NCBI GenBank assembly: GCA_038045445.1
Contig: JBBSYC010000001.1
Location: 35,140 to 99,139, forward strand
DNA from: Nanobdellota archaeon
Lineage (GTDB): Archaea > Nanobdellota > Nanobdellia > Pacearchaeales > GW2011-AR1
Length of the DNA: 64,000 bases
Reading direction: 5' to 3'
Of this stretch, positions 28,156 through 37,930 are shown piece by piece. The notes under the pieces are model-generated. The model was not told the origin of the DNA and searched no databases. It saw only the letters and a program-made list of their open reading frames with translations. The translations under genes and the position numbers were made by a program. Within the stretch, counting starts at the first letter, position 1, and each line of letters opens with the position of its first letter.

Positions 28156-29463
28156 ATGGGTATTGTGGAAGATAAGGTGAAGGTTTACTTATCTAGGATA
28201 AAAGAATATAATAAATTGGTTAATGCTTTTATTGAATTGAGTAATGAAAATGAAATTCTTTCTGAAGCTAGAATGCTTGACTCTAAAACTAAGAAAGGAA
28301 GACTTTATGGTTATGTTATCGGAGTAAAGAGCAATATTTGCGTAAAGGGGTTACATGCTTCTTGCGCTTCTAAAACTCTTGAGGATTATAAAGCACCTTA
28401 TGATGCTACTGCAGTTAAAAGAATTAAAGAAGAGGATGGCCTCATTATAGGAATGCTTAATTGTGATGAATTTGCATGTGGTTGGACTGGAGAAACAAGC
28501 GCTTTTGGAAAATCTCATAACCCTGCGGTTCCAGACCATATATCAGGAGGGTCTTCTTCTGGTGCGGCGGTTGCTGTTGCTGCAGGTTTTTGTGATGTTG
28601 CTTTGGGAAGCGATACTGGGGGGAGCATAAGAGTTCCTTCTTCATTTTGCGGTGTTGTTGGTGTAAAGCCCAGCTATGGTTGCGTTTCCAGATATGGGTT
28701 GATTGATTTGTCAATGTCTCTTGATCAAATAGGACCTATTTCTAAGAATGTTTCTGATTCTGTTTTGTTGTTAGATGTAATAAAAGGTTTGGATGAAAGA
28801 GACACTACTACTTTTAATTCTAAACCTATTAAGATTGAGAAAATTAGCAAAATCAAATATGGAATTGTTAGAGTTTCAGAAGTTGATTCAAGAATATTAG
28901 ATTTGATTGACTCTTTTTTGGCAAAAATCTCAAGTAAATTAAAATGGTCTGAGAAAAAGGTTAATTTGAAATATATTAATTTTGGGATTCAGACTTATCA
29001 TCCTTTGGTATGGACAGAGTTCTTTTCTGCTACTCGCAGAATGGATGGAAGACGATTTGGTAAAAAAATAGAAGAATCCGCAGGTCCTGAAGTTTTAAGG
29101 AGAATTTTAGGGGGAAGCGAAATTTCAAGAGCGGAATTTAAGGGCCAATATTATCAGAAGGCACTTGCCGCCAAGGATTTAATCAAGAGAGAGTTTGATA
29201 ATGTCTTTAAGGAAGTTGATTGCTTAATAATGCCTACTGTTCCGATGTTGCCTTGGAAGTTTGGTACAGAGGTTTCTATGAACAAGTTATATGCTATAGA
29301 TGCTTTAACTATTCCCGGAAACCTTGCGGGTGTTTGTGCTATTTCTATCCCTATTGGAAAAATAGAGAGTAAACCTGTTGGATTGCAGGTTGTTTGTGCT
29401 AAAGGGGATGAGAGCAGGATGTTTAGTATTGCTAAGGAGATAGAAAACATTGTGAAAGAGTAA
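28156..29463 (+). CDS. gatA: aspartyl/glutamyl-tRNA amidotransferase subunit A (amidase)
   Basis: Amidase signature GGSSSGAAVAVAAGF...GSDTGGSIRVPS. Confidence 0.8.
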   Translation: MGIVEDKVKVYLSRIKEYNKLVNAFIELSNENEILSEARMLDSKTKKGRLYGYVIGVKSNICVKGLHASCASKTLEDYKAPYDATAVKRIKEEDGLIIGMLNCDEFACGWTGETSAFGKSHNPAVPDHISGGSSSGAAVAVAAGFCDVALGSDTGGSIRVPSSFCGVVGVKPSYGCVSRYGLIDLSMSLDQIGPISKNVSDSVLLLDVIKGLDERDTTTFNSKPIKIEKISKIKYGIVRVSEVDSRILDLIDSFLAKISSKLKWSEKKVNLKYINFGIQTYHPLVWTEFFSATRRMDGRRFGKKIEESAGPEVLRRILGGSEISRAEFKGQYYQKALAAKDLIKREFDNVFKEVDCLIMPTVPMLPWKFGTEVSMNKLYAIDALTIPGNLAGVCAISIPIGKIESKPVGLQVVCAKGDESRMFSIAKEIENIVKE

Positions 29464-29499
29464 CGGCTATTTTAAAAAGTTTTTATTCTTTAGAACGTC

Positions 29500-30165
29500 A
29501 TGAAATTTGGAGATTTGGATATAGAATTTTTAGGACATTCAGGTTTTCTTTTGAGATTTAAGAACAAAAATATTTTTGTTGACCCTTATAGAGTTTCTGA
29601 TTCTCTTCTTAAAGCCGATGTAATTTTGATTACTCATAGCCATAGCGACCATTGTAGCATAAGAGACATACAAAAAATTTCGGATAAGAAGACGGTGGTT
29701 TTGTGTCCTGTTGATTGTCATAGCACTTTGATGAAGGTCAAGAATGTTGAGGTGCATATTGTAGAAGGGGAAGATATCTTAGACTTTAGAACATTTAAGA
29801 TAGAATGTGTTCCTGCATACACCTTCAATAAACATCATCCTCAAAATGAGGGGTGGTTGGGATATGTTTTGAAATTTGGAAATAGTATAGTCTATTTTGC
29901 GGGAGATACAGATTTGACTCCTGAATTAAAGAATCTTAGCGGTTATGGAAAAAAAAGTAATAATTTTATTGTTGCTCTCCCAATTTCAGGCAATGTTGTT
30001 ATGAATTACATAACTGCTGTAAATGCAGCTTCTTTATTAAATCCAAATTTAGCAATCCCCCATGGGTATGGGGCGGGGGTTTATGGAACTACTGAAGATG
30101 CAAGGAAATTTGTCGAGCTTTGTTCACTTAAGGGTATAAGGGCAGAGATTTTGAATAAAAAGTAA
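29500..30165 (+). CDS. MBL-fold metallo-hydrolase
   Basis: HSHSDH (HxHxDH) motif. Confidence 0.65.
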   Translation: MKFGDLDIEFLGHSGFLLRFKNKNIFVDPYRVSDSLLKADVILITHSHSDHCSIRDIQKISDKKTVVLCPVDCHSTLMKVKNVEVHIVEGEDILDFRTFKIECVPAYTFNKHHPQNEGWLGYVLKFGNSIVYFAGDTDLTPELKNLSGYGKKSNNFIVALPISGNVVMNYITAVNAASLLNPNLAIPHGYGAGVYGTTEDARKFVELCSLKGIRAEILNKK

Positions 30166-30191
30166 TTAGATAATCTTAAAAAGGATTTTAT

Positions 30192-31187
30192 TTGATTTTT
30201 AATATGGATAATGAAAAGGTTGCACGTGAGAATCTGCTTCGGAGTAGCGAGGAGTTTTTTGGTGAAAGTGTTGAAGGATACAATTTTGACTACGGAGTCG
30301 ATTATAATAAATTAATTTCTTTTTTTGGTTCTAGTGGATTTCAGGCGACTAACTTGTCAAGAGCTATTGAAATAACAAATAATATGATTCGTGATAATTC
30401 TTTTGTTTTTCTGGGATATACTTCTAACATGGTATCTTCAGGGCTTAGAGGTATTATTCGTTTTCTTGTTGAGCATAAAAAAGTAAATGTTCTCGTGACT
30501 ACCTGCGGGGGAATAGAAGAGGATATAATAAAATGTCTCGGGGACTTTAAAATTGGACGGTTTAATGCTGATGGTACTTTGCTTCGCAAAAAAGGAATTA
30601 ATAGAATAGGCAATATTTTTGTTCCAAATTCAAGGTATGTTGCATTTGAGAAGTTTGTTCAGCCGATTCTTGAGGAAATTTATCAAGAAAGCAAGAAGAC
30701 TGGAAAACCTGTTTGCGGAAATGAATTGATATGGAAACTTGGAGAAAAAATTGATGACAAGAATAGTATTTATTATTGGGCTTATAAAAATAAAATTCCT
30801 GTTTATTGCCCTGCTCTTCTTGACGGAGCACTAGGAGATAATATTTATTTCTTTAAATTTAAAAGACCTGATTTTATTATTGATTGCACAGGGGATGTTG
30901 TTTGGTTTAATAATGCTACAATTGGTTTGAAGAAATCTGGAGCAATAATTCTTGGAGCTGGAGTTATCAAACATGCTATTCTTAATGCGAATATGTTGCG
31001 CAATGGTCTTGACTATTGTGTTTACATTAATACCTCTCAAGAATATGATGGTTCTGATGCGGGAGCTATGCCTGATGAAGCTGTTTCATGGGGAAAGATA
31101 TTGCCTAATGCTCAAAGTGTGAAGGTTTTTGCTGATGCCACTATTGTTTTTCCTTTAATTGTTGCTGGGAGTTTTGCCAAAATCTAG
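30192..31187 (+). CDS. dys: deoxyhypusine synthase
   Basis: LGYTSNMVSSGLRGIIRFLVEHKKVNVLVTTCGGIEEDIIKC and overall DHS-like layout, 331 aa. Confidence 0.85.
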   Translation: MIFNMDNEKVARENLLRSSEEFFGESVEGYNFDYGVDYNKLISFFGSSGFQATNLSRAIEITNNMIRDNSFVFLGYTSNMVSSGLRGIIRFLVEHKKVNVLVTTCGGIEEDIIKCLGDFKIGRFNADGTLLRKKGINRIGNIFVPNSRYVAFEKFVQPILEEIYQESKKTGKPVCGNELIWKLGEKIDDKNSIYYWAYKNKIPVYCPALLDGALGDNIYFFKFKRPDFIIDCTGDVVWFNNATIGLKKSGAIILGAGVIKHAILNANMLRNGLDYCVYINTSQEYDGSDAGAMPDEAVSWGKILPNAQSVKVFADATIVFPLIVAGSFAKI

Positions 31188-31268
31188 TATTTTATGTATT
31201 TAAGATAATCAAAATTGATTATTATGTGGTATGAAAATATTTAAATACTACTAATCTTTTTATTATAT

Positions 31269-31970
31269 ATGAAAAAAATAGAATTGTTAAGAGTACTTGA
31301 GAAATATCCATTGTTTACATTTAACGAGTTTGTTAAAATTACTGGAAAGAGCATTAAATATTCTAGGACTTACATATATAGATTAAAAAAAGATAAACTA
31401 ATATTTGAAATTGAGAAGGGTAAATATACTCTTAAAGATAACCCTCTGATATTTGCCTCTTTTATAACTGCTCCTTCTTATATTAGTTTTTGGACTGCTT
31501 TGAGATTTTATAATGTTACTGATCAGCTTCCAAATGAGATAATGGTAGCTTCTAAAAGATCTAAAAAAGAGATAACTTTTCTGAATGCTAAAATAAAATT
31601 CTATAAAGTGAAATATTTATGGGGATATCGAAAAATTAGATACAATAATTTTGATATATTCATTGCAGAATTAGAGAAGAGCATTATTGATTCTGTTGCA
31701 TCTGGTCTGGTTCCTTTGAGCGAGATTGTAGATGTATTGATAAATGAAGAGATTAATACTCTAAAACTTAAGGAATTTGCGATTAAAACTGGAAGTAAAT
31801 CATTAATAAAAAGAATTGGATTCTTACTGGATAAAATCAAAGTTGATGCTGATGAAATGCTTAAGTATATTGACTATAATTATATAATATTAGATATTAA
31901 TAATAAAAGTAAAGGTGATAAAAATAAAAAATGGAGGATAATTGATAATTTGAGCTATGATTTCACTTGA
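31269..31970 (+). CDS. AbiEi-like antitoxin/transcriptional regulator (type IV TA / abortive infection)
   Basis: N-terminal wHTH (LEKYPLFTFNEFVKITGKSIKYSRTYIYRLKKDKLIFEIEKGKYTL). Overlaps the downstream nucleotidyltransferase gene by 14 nt. Confidence 0.55.
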   Translation: MKKIELLRVLEKYPLFTFNEFVKITGKSIKYSRTYIYRLKKDKLIFEIEKGKYTLKDNPLIFASFITAPSYISFWTALRFYNVTDQLPNEIMVASKRSKKEITFLNAKIKFYKVKYLWGYRKIRYNNFDIFIAELEKSIIDSVASGLVPLSEIVDVLINEEINTLKLKEFAIKTGSKSLIKRIGFLLDKIKVDADEMLKYIDYNYIILDINNKSKGDKNKKWRIIDNLSYDFT

Positions 31971-32727
31971 AGATTTAAGGAATATTGCTAGAGTAAAAAG
32001 CATTAGTAATATTGGGTATGCTGAGAAGGATTATTTGCTTGATTTGATACTTTTTTCAATCTCTAAGAATACAAAAGATGAACTTGTTTTCAAAGGAGGT
32101 ACTTGTCTTTACAAAATTTATAAAATTAACCGGTTTAGCGAAGATATAGATTTTAGTGCTGTTAAAGAGATTGATTTTAGAAGTTTAATTAACAAGATAA
32201 TTATTGATTTGCGTTTGTTTGGTATTGAGGCAACTACTAAAGAGAAAAAAGAGAGATATAATACTACCCTAATAGCTTTGCATGCTAAAGGTCCGCTTTA
32301 TAATGGAAATTCAAATTCTTTGTGCAATATAAGAATAGATATAAACACTAAGTCGGAGGTTAATTTTAAACCTGTTTTGCATAGATATAACTCTTTATAT
32401 TCAGAAATCTCTGAATATTCTCTTCTTGTTATGTCTAAAGAGGAGATTTTAGCTGAAAAGATAAGAGCAATTATTAACAGAGATAAAGCAAGAGATGTTT
32501 ATGATTTATGGTTTTTACTTGAAAATGGAGTAAAGATTGATAAGTCTCTGATTGAAAAGAAACTGGAATATTATGAAAAGATGTTTGATTATAGTGAGTT
32601 TATAAAAAGAATTAAAGATAAGAAAAAATTGTGGGGTGTTGAGATTGGACGGTTGATAATGGGACAAGTTCCTGATTTTAAGGTTGTAGAAGAAACTATT
32701 ATTAAGAAGACTATGGGATTGAAGTAA
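31957..32727 (+). CDS. AbiEii/AbiGii-family nucleotidyltransferase toxin (DUF1814)
   Basis: VFKGGTCLYKIY...RFSEDIDFS motif characteristic of AbiEii nucleotidyltransferases. Confidence 0.65.
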   Translation: MISLEDLRNIARVKSISNIGYAEKDYLLDLILFSISKNTKDELVFKGGTCLYKIYKINRFSEDIDFSAVKEIDFRSLINKIIIDLRLFGIEATTKEKKERYNTTLIALHAKGPLYNGNSNSLCNIRIDINTKSEVNFKPVLHRYNSLYSEISEYSLLVMSKEEILAEKIRAIINRDKARDVYDLWFLLENGVKIDKSLIEKKLEYYEKMFDYSEFIKRIKDKKKLWGVEIGRLIMGQVPDFKVVEETIIKKTMGLK

Positions 32728-32940
32728 TTTGAATACTAGTTGAAATCTCAGATCTTTAAGTTTGATTTACAGTTTGCTGAGATTCTCAACGGTAATCACA
32801 AAACACAAACAAACTAGGGCAGAGTTTTGTGATCTTTTCTGTCAGATAAGTATATCTTTTTGTATACTTGACTGGATAAAAGGTTTAATCTTTGAATGTT
32901 TTTGCTGATTTTTGTTGGTTGTGTGGTGTAGGGAGTTTTG

Positions 32941-33354
32941 CTAAGAACCAATATTCTTTAGAATAATATTCTTCATTTCTTCCATTTTTTCCTTAGGCTG
33001 TGCTTGCCTTTCTGGAACATCTTCTTGATCTGCAATTAACTTCCTTAGGTTTGATTTTGTCGGAACTATGTGTAAATGAAAATGTTCTTGACTTTTATGC
33101 TTTCCAGTATTGATATGAAATATTGGATCTTGATTTGATGATCTCTTTACTGCTTCTTTTAATTTTTCTACTAATTGAAAAAAGTTTTTGAGTTCTTTTC
33201 CAGATAATTCACTTATTTTTTCGACGTGTCTTTTAGGTAAAATCATTATATGACCTAACTTTAACGGGGATGTTGGAATAATACTAAATGTATCTTCATT
33301 TTCTTCAATGATCCTATAATTTTCTTGTTGTGCTTCACATAATCCACATTGCAT
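32941..33354 (-). CDS. HIT-family (histidine triad) hydrolase
   Basis: HFHLHIVP histidine-triad motif. Confidence 0.8.
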   Translation of the reverse strand: MQCGLCEAQQENYRIIEENEDTFSIIPTSPLKLGHIMILPKRHVEKISELSGKELKNFFQLVEKLKEAVKRSSNQDPIFHINTGKHKSQEHFHLHIVPTKSNLRKLIADQEDVPERQAQPKEKMEEMKNIILKNIGS

Positions 33355-33458
33355 CTTTCTTTTTTAATTGCTTACTTTATATTAGTTATTGTTTCCATTT
33401 TAGAACATAATAAAAATTAATACTAAGATTTAAATACTATCAAGTAGTATTAAGTAGT

Positions 33459-33686
33459 ATGGAAAACATTAGTTTGAAATTGGAGATTGGATTTCTTCAT
33501 GCAATAGAGAAAGTAATGAAGAGGCATAATTATACGACTAAGACTGAATTTATTCGCGAGTCTATTCGCGATAAAATACGCAGACTTGAGGAAAAGGAAA
33601 TACTAGAAGATAAGGATATGATGTCTCAAATTAGAAGAAGTGAAAGAAATAGGAAAAAAGGCAAGACTTGGGAATCTAAGTATTAA
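33459..33686 (+). CDS. ribbon-helix-helix (CopG-like) small regulator
   Basis: FLHAIEKVMKRHNYTTKTEFIRESIRDKI RHH pattern. C-terminus EILEDKDMMSQIRRSERNRKKG is shared with a remnant at 34441. Confidence 0.5.
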   Translation: MENISLKLEIGFLHAIEKVMKRHNYTTKTEFIRESIRDKIRRLEEKEILEDKDMMSQIRRSERNRKKGKTWESKY

Positions 33687-34036
33687 TGCGAAAGAATCAT
33701 ACTCTTATTATAAGGAGAGATTATGCTAGTATTAATTTGATTTTGCACTCCTGATGCTGAAACTTCAAATGTTATTTGAGCCCAATTTCTTCCATATTGG
33801 ACACTAAAATTTCCCTTTAGCATCTTTGGTTTTTTAATTTCTTTTAGAAAGGGAAAGTATTCTGAAGCATTAAAAAACTCAAGACCAACTACAGAACCAT
33901 CAAAGCCATAATCTATGACTACATCTCCTTTTGGAAGCTCTAGATCAAAGCTAAATTTTGATTTATTGCCTTCGCTATGTAATGAGATAATGTCCTCATC
34001 TGAATCATAGCTTACTTTGAAAGATTTTTTCTCCAT
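33683..34036 (-). CDS. DUF2283-family small protein (putative antitoxin partner of DUF4258)
   Basis: SYDSDEDIISLHSEG...VVIDYGFDGSVVGLEFFNASE matches the DUF2283 pattern. Confidence 0.55.
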   Translation of the reverse strand: MEKKSFKVSYDSDEDIISLHSEGNKSKFSFDLELPKGDVVIDYGFDGSVVGLEFFNASEYFPFLKEIKKPKMLKGNFSVQYGRNWAQITFEVSASGVQNQINTSIISPYNKSMILSH

Positions 34037-34365
34037 AGTTTTTCAGCCTTTTTACTTGTTTTAATTACGTTGATTATGTTTAAATCCTTTTCTGCGTAAG
34101 ATATTACTATAATTATTGAATATTTTGAACTTATCTTGTAAATTAACTTATAGCGAGTTTCTTCTTTTCCCTTTAATATAACTTTTTGTTTTTGTGCATA
34201 ATATGGTTGTTTTGTAAGAATTAAATCAATTACTAAATCTTGGTTTACTCCTCTATCTTCCATCTTTTCAAGAGAATAATCCGTAAAATTTAATCTATCT
34301 TTAAAATATTGCTGATTTGTTTCAGTTACTGTTTTGATTAATTCTAATAAGTCTTTATTTTCCAC
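34012..34365 (-). CDS. DUF4258-family protein (putative RNase-type toxin)
   Basis: FTDYSLEKMEDRGVNQDLVIDLI pattern. Overlaps the downstream DUF2283 gene. Confidence 0.5.
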   Translation of the reverse strand: MENKDLLELIKTVTETNQQYFKDRLNFTDYSLEKMEDRGVNQDLVIDLILTKQPYYAQKQKVILKGKEETRYKLIYKISSKYSIIIVISYAEKDLNIINVIKTSKKAEKLWRKNLSK

Positions 34366-34440
34366 AATATTAATTTGCTTTTTAGTATATATTTTTTACT
34401 AATTGCAAAAATTATTAAACTCTTAATTATTACTTGATTA

Positions 34441-34554
34441 ATGAAGAAAATGACTGAGGAAGAAGAGATACTTGCAGATAAGGATATGATGGAACAACTC
34501 AAAGAAAGCGAGAAAAATAGAAAAAAAGGTATTTCTTATAAGTTTGATTACTAA
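34441..34554 (+). pseudogene. C-terminal remnant of an RHH-gene paralogue
   Basis: 37-aa ORF MKKMTEEEEILADKDMMEQLKESEKNRKKGISYKFDY. It matches the tail of the 33459-33686 protein, shares a 16-nt identical core AGATAAGGATATGATG, and has no RHH N-terminal half. Confidence 0.3.
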
Positions 34555-34676
34555 TTTTTGTTTTTTGTTGCTTCTATTTCATTACTAAAACCTACTTTTT
34601 TATTACACACAATTATTTAAACTCAAACGAACTTTTCGTTTCAATTATTTGAAAGGAGGTATGAAAAAAAGAAAAA

Positions 34677-35765
34677 ATGGTTCTTGATTTTGCAAAAGAA
34701 GCAATTGCAAATGCTTCCACACACAGCATCAATTTTGATGAACTTCGTGCTGGAAAGGCTAACATAAAGGTTTTTGGGGCTGGAGGTGCTGGTTGCAACA
34801 CTATTACCTGGTTATTTAACAAAGGAATTAATGGGGCAAATATTTACGGCATTAACACAGACGCTCTGCATTTAAGCATCACAAAGGCTGATGAGAAAAT
34901 TTTGATAGGAAAAGAAATAACTCGAGGTCTTGGTTGCGGGGGATATCCTCAAAAGGGTAGAGAGGCTGCTAAAGAATCTGTCTCTGAGCTAAAGAAATCT
35001 GTCAGCGCTGCCGATATGGTTTTTATTTGTGCAGGGATGGGTGGTGGAACTGGTACTGGTGCTGCTCCTGTTGTTGGTCAACTTGCAAAGGAAGCTGGTG
35101 CGGTAGTTATTGCAGTTGTTACAATGCCATTCGAGTGTGAAAAGGCTAGAATTGATAAAGCAGAATTTGGATTACAGGAGCTAAGAGAGGTTGTGGATAC
35201 AGTTATAGTTATTGATAATAATAGACTTGTCGATATCGCAGGTAACTTGCCAATGGAACAAGCTTTCGCAGTTGCAAACGAGCTAGTAAGTACAATGATA
35301 AAAGGTATAGTGGAGACTATTACTTTGCCTTCATTGATTAACTTAGACTATGCTGACGTTTCAGCAATTATGAAAGGCGGTGATGTTGCAGTTATCGGGG
35401 TTGGCGAGTCTGATAGTTCTATGAGAGTCGAAGAAGCTGTTAGACAGGCTTTAACACATCCTTTATTGGATGTAGATTATCGTGGAGCTACTGGAGCTTT
35501 AATCCATATTACATGCGGTCCTGATTTCAAGCTTGATGAGTTCTCTGGCGTGGGAAACCTAGTCACTGAAAACTTAAGCGCTGAAGCTCAAGTTATTATT
35601 GGAGCTAGAATAAACAAAGAGTTTGGTTCTAAAGTCAGAGTTATAACTATAATGACTGGTGTCAAATCTCCTTATGTACTTGGAAAGGAATTGTCTTCAT
35701 CTGTAAACAACAATAGAAGTGGAAAATCTGAAATGTCTGATTTAGGCATAGAGATATTCCGCTGA
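34677..35765 (+). CDS. ftsZ: cell division GTPase FtsZ
   Basis: GAGGAGCN and GGGTGTGAAP tubulin signature motifs; AGGAGG upstream. Confidence 0.9.
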   Translation: MVLDFAKEAIANASTHSINFDELRAGKANIKVFGAGGAGCNTITWLFNKGINGANIYGINTDALHLSITKADEKILIGKEITRGLGCGGYPQKGREAAKESVSELKKSVSAADMVFICAGMGGGTGTGAAPVVGQLAKEAGAVVIAVVTMPFECEKARIDKAEFGLQELREVVDTVIVIDNNRLVDIAGNLPMEQAFAVANELVSTMIKGIVETITLPSLINLDYADVSAIMKGGDVAVIGVGESDSSMRVEEAVRQALTHPLLDVDYRGATGALIHITCGPDFKLDEFSGVGNLVTENLSAEAQVIIGARINKEFGSKVRVITIMTGVKSPYVLGKELSSSVNNNRSGKSEMSDLGIEIFR

Positions 35766-35798
35766 TTGAAAAAGATTTTATTTTTATTTTTTAATTTT

Positions 35799-36374
35799 TT
35801 ATTTATAGTCGAAAGTTGATGGATCTTGATGAGGATATTTTCTTGGTTTAGTTTTTTCATCCCATTTTTCCCAAAAGATTTTATTTTCTATGGCTATTTT
35901 TCTTTTCTTTGTTGTTTTTTCTTTTGAGTAACCTATAGGAATTATTGCTTCTATACTCCAGTCTTCTGGAATTTTGAACTTTGATTTTATTTCTTCTTCT
36001 GCAAACGCTCCAACCCAGCAGGCTCCTAATCCTTGGTCTGTTAGGCTAAGCAAGATATTCTCGATTGCTGCTCCTGCTTGTTGTCTTGAATATATTATGC
36101 CTTTGTCCTGATAAAGATTTTCAAGTTTATCTGTTTCAGAACATACAATAATTATCCATTGAGAATCTGATATCCAGTATTGTTGTGAAAATTCAGATAC
36201 TAGTGCTTTATTCTCTTTCTTTTCTATTATCAAGAATTTTAAGTTATTTATGTTTCCTGCAAAGGGAGCATGGTTTGCAGATTCTATTGCTTCAAGTACT
36301 ATGTCTATTTTGACTGGTTTATTTGAGAACTTTCTCACAGATATTCTTTTCTTTATTGCTTCTTCTGTTTTCAT
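35799..36374 (-). CDS. nitroreductase-family flavoprotein
   Basis: N-terminal AIKKRISVRKF and overall nitroreductase fold pattern. Confidence 0.7.
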   Translation of the reverse strand: MKTEEAIKKRISVRKFSNKPVKIDIVLEAIESANHAPFAGNINNLKFLIIEKKENKALVSEFSQQYWISDSQWIIIVCSETDKLENLYQDKGIIYSRQQAGAAIENILLSLTDQGLGACWVGAFAEEEIKSKFKIPEDWSIEAIIPIGYSKEKTTKKRKIAIENKIFWEKWDEKTKPRKYPHQDPSTFDYK

Positions 36375-36402
36375 GGTTTTTTTAGTTAATTGATAGTTAA
36401 AA

Positions 36403-36771
36403 ATGTGTCGTTACAATATTTATATAATCCTTAATCTAAGAATGATTATGAGTAGAGATATCTATCACCTTATTAATAGACTGAGAACTTTTAATATTGA
36501 AAGAAATTGGGATAAGGATCATAATCCTAAAGACCTTATTTTGGCTTTGGTAGGAGAAGTTGGAGAACTTGCCGAGTGTTATCAATGGATGAATAATTCT
36601 CAAATTGATTTATTAAATAAGGATTCATATAAAAAGAAAAAGATTGAAGATGAAATTGCCGATGTTATAATTTATTTAATGATTCTTGCATATAAGAGCG
36701 ATATTGATTTATTAAAAGTTGTGGAAGAAAAGATTGAAAAAAATGAGAAAAGGTTTCCTGTTGAGAAATAA
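36403..36771 (+). CDS. MazG-like nucleoside triphosphate pyrophosphohydrolase (dCTPase-like)
   Basis: LALVGEVGELAE and EDEIADVIIYLMILA EExxE/D motifs. Likely start at internal MSRDIYHL. Confidence 0.65.
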   Translation: MCRYNIYIILNLRMIMSRDIYHLINRLRTFNIERNWDKDHNPKDLILALVGEVGELAECYQWMNNSQIDLLNKDSYKKKKIEDEIADVIIYLMILAYKSDIDLLKVVEEKIEKNEKRFPVEK

Positions 36772-36807
36772 ATATATCATATAACAACTTTTTGAAGTAA
36801 TTTAAGG

Positions 36808-37878
36808 TTAATCACTAATCTCTCCGCCACCCAACATGATTCTTGATTTTGAGTAAAATACTGCTGACTGACCAAGAGCTATGCCTTCAATTGGTTGATT
36901 TAAATGTATTTTATTGCCTTTCATTGACGCTTTATGTAATTTCCCTAAGTGCCTTATTCTTACTAAAATGTTTTCTGACTTTGGCTTGCCTGAAATCCAA
37001 TTGATATTTTTTATTCTGAATTCCTTTATTTTTAATAATGGATTGTTTTTTGGGGCTACAATTAGTTCATTTTTTTTAATGTCTTTTTTTGCAATGTACA
37101 ATTTTGATTTTATTTTATTTCTATAATCTTTATCTATTTCCATATCTTCATTTTCTCTTAAACGCTCTCCAATTGTGTAAAACATTATTCCATTATGTTT
37201 TCCAACTATTTCACCTTCAGGGTTTCTTATTATTCCTTGTTTGTTTTTTATTTTCTGCTTTAGAAAGGATTTCATATCTATATTTCCTACAAAACATAAT
37301 CCTCTTGTTCCATGTTTGTTCCAATTTTGAAAATTGTTTATTCTCGCTATTCTTCGGACTTCTGATTTTGTGTAATCTCCAATCGGAAAAAGTGTACGAC
37401 TTAAATCTTTTTGAGTTAATTGATATAAAAAGTAAGATTGGTCTTTATTTTTATCTTTTGGAATCTTTAAGGTGTAGACATTTTTGTTTTTTAATTTAGT
37501 TATGTAATGCCCTGTTGCTATGAAATTACATTTATTTTTTGTTGCTTCTTTCCATAAATATGGGAATTTTATTGTCTTGTTACATAGGGAATCAGGATTT
37601 GGAGTTATTCCCTTTGAATAGGATTTAAACATTGGTTTGATTACTTTGTTTTTGTATTCCTTTTCATAGTCTAATTCTATTAATGGAAGATTTAATTTAG
37701 ATGCTATTTTTTGGGCTTCTTTTTTATCTTCTAAATAGCTACACTGACCTTTTATTTTTGAATCTGAAAAACATTTTAGAAAAGCGCAGATTACCTCATA
37801 TCCTTGTTTTTTTAATAACCATGCCGTGACTGCTGAATCTACTCCCCCAGATAGTCCAAGCATTACTCTTTGTTTCAT
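36808..37878 (-). CDS. mnmA: tRNA-specific 2-thiouridylase (MnmA/TrmU-like)
   Basis: PP-loop LGLSGGVDSAV, ITPNPDSLCNKTIKF motif, catalytic Cys region CFVG. Confidence 0.75.
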   Translation of the reverse strand: MKQRVMLGLSGGVDSAVTAWLLKKQGYEVICAFLKCFSDSKIKGQCSYLEDKKEAQKIASKLNLPLIELDYEKEYKNKVIKPMFKSYSKGITPNPDSLCNKTIKFPYLWKEATKNKCNFIATGHYITKLKNKNVYTLKIPKDKNKDQSYFLYQLTQKDLSRTLFPIGDYTKSEVRRIARINNFQNWNKHGTRGLCFVGNIDMKSFLKQKIKNKQGIIRNPEGEIVGKHNGIMFYTIGERLRENEDMEIDKDYRNKIKSKLYIAKKDIKKNELIVAPKNNPLLKIKEFRIKNINWISGKPKSENILVRIRHLGKLHKASMKGNKIHLNQPIEGIALGQSAVFYSKSRIMLGGGEISD

Positions 37879-37930
37879 TAGACTATTTTAATGACAAACT
37901 TTATAAATAAATTGAGTATTAGGTATTGCT

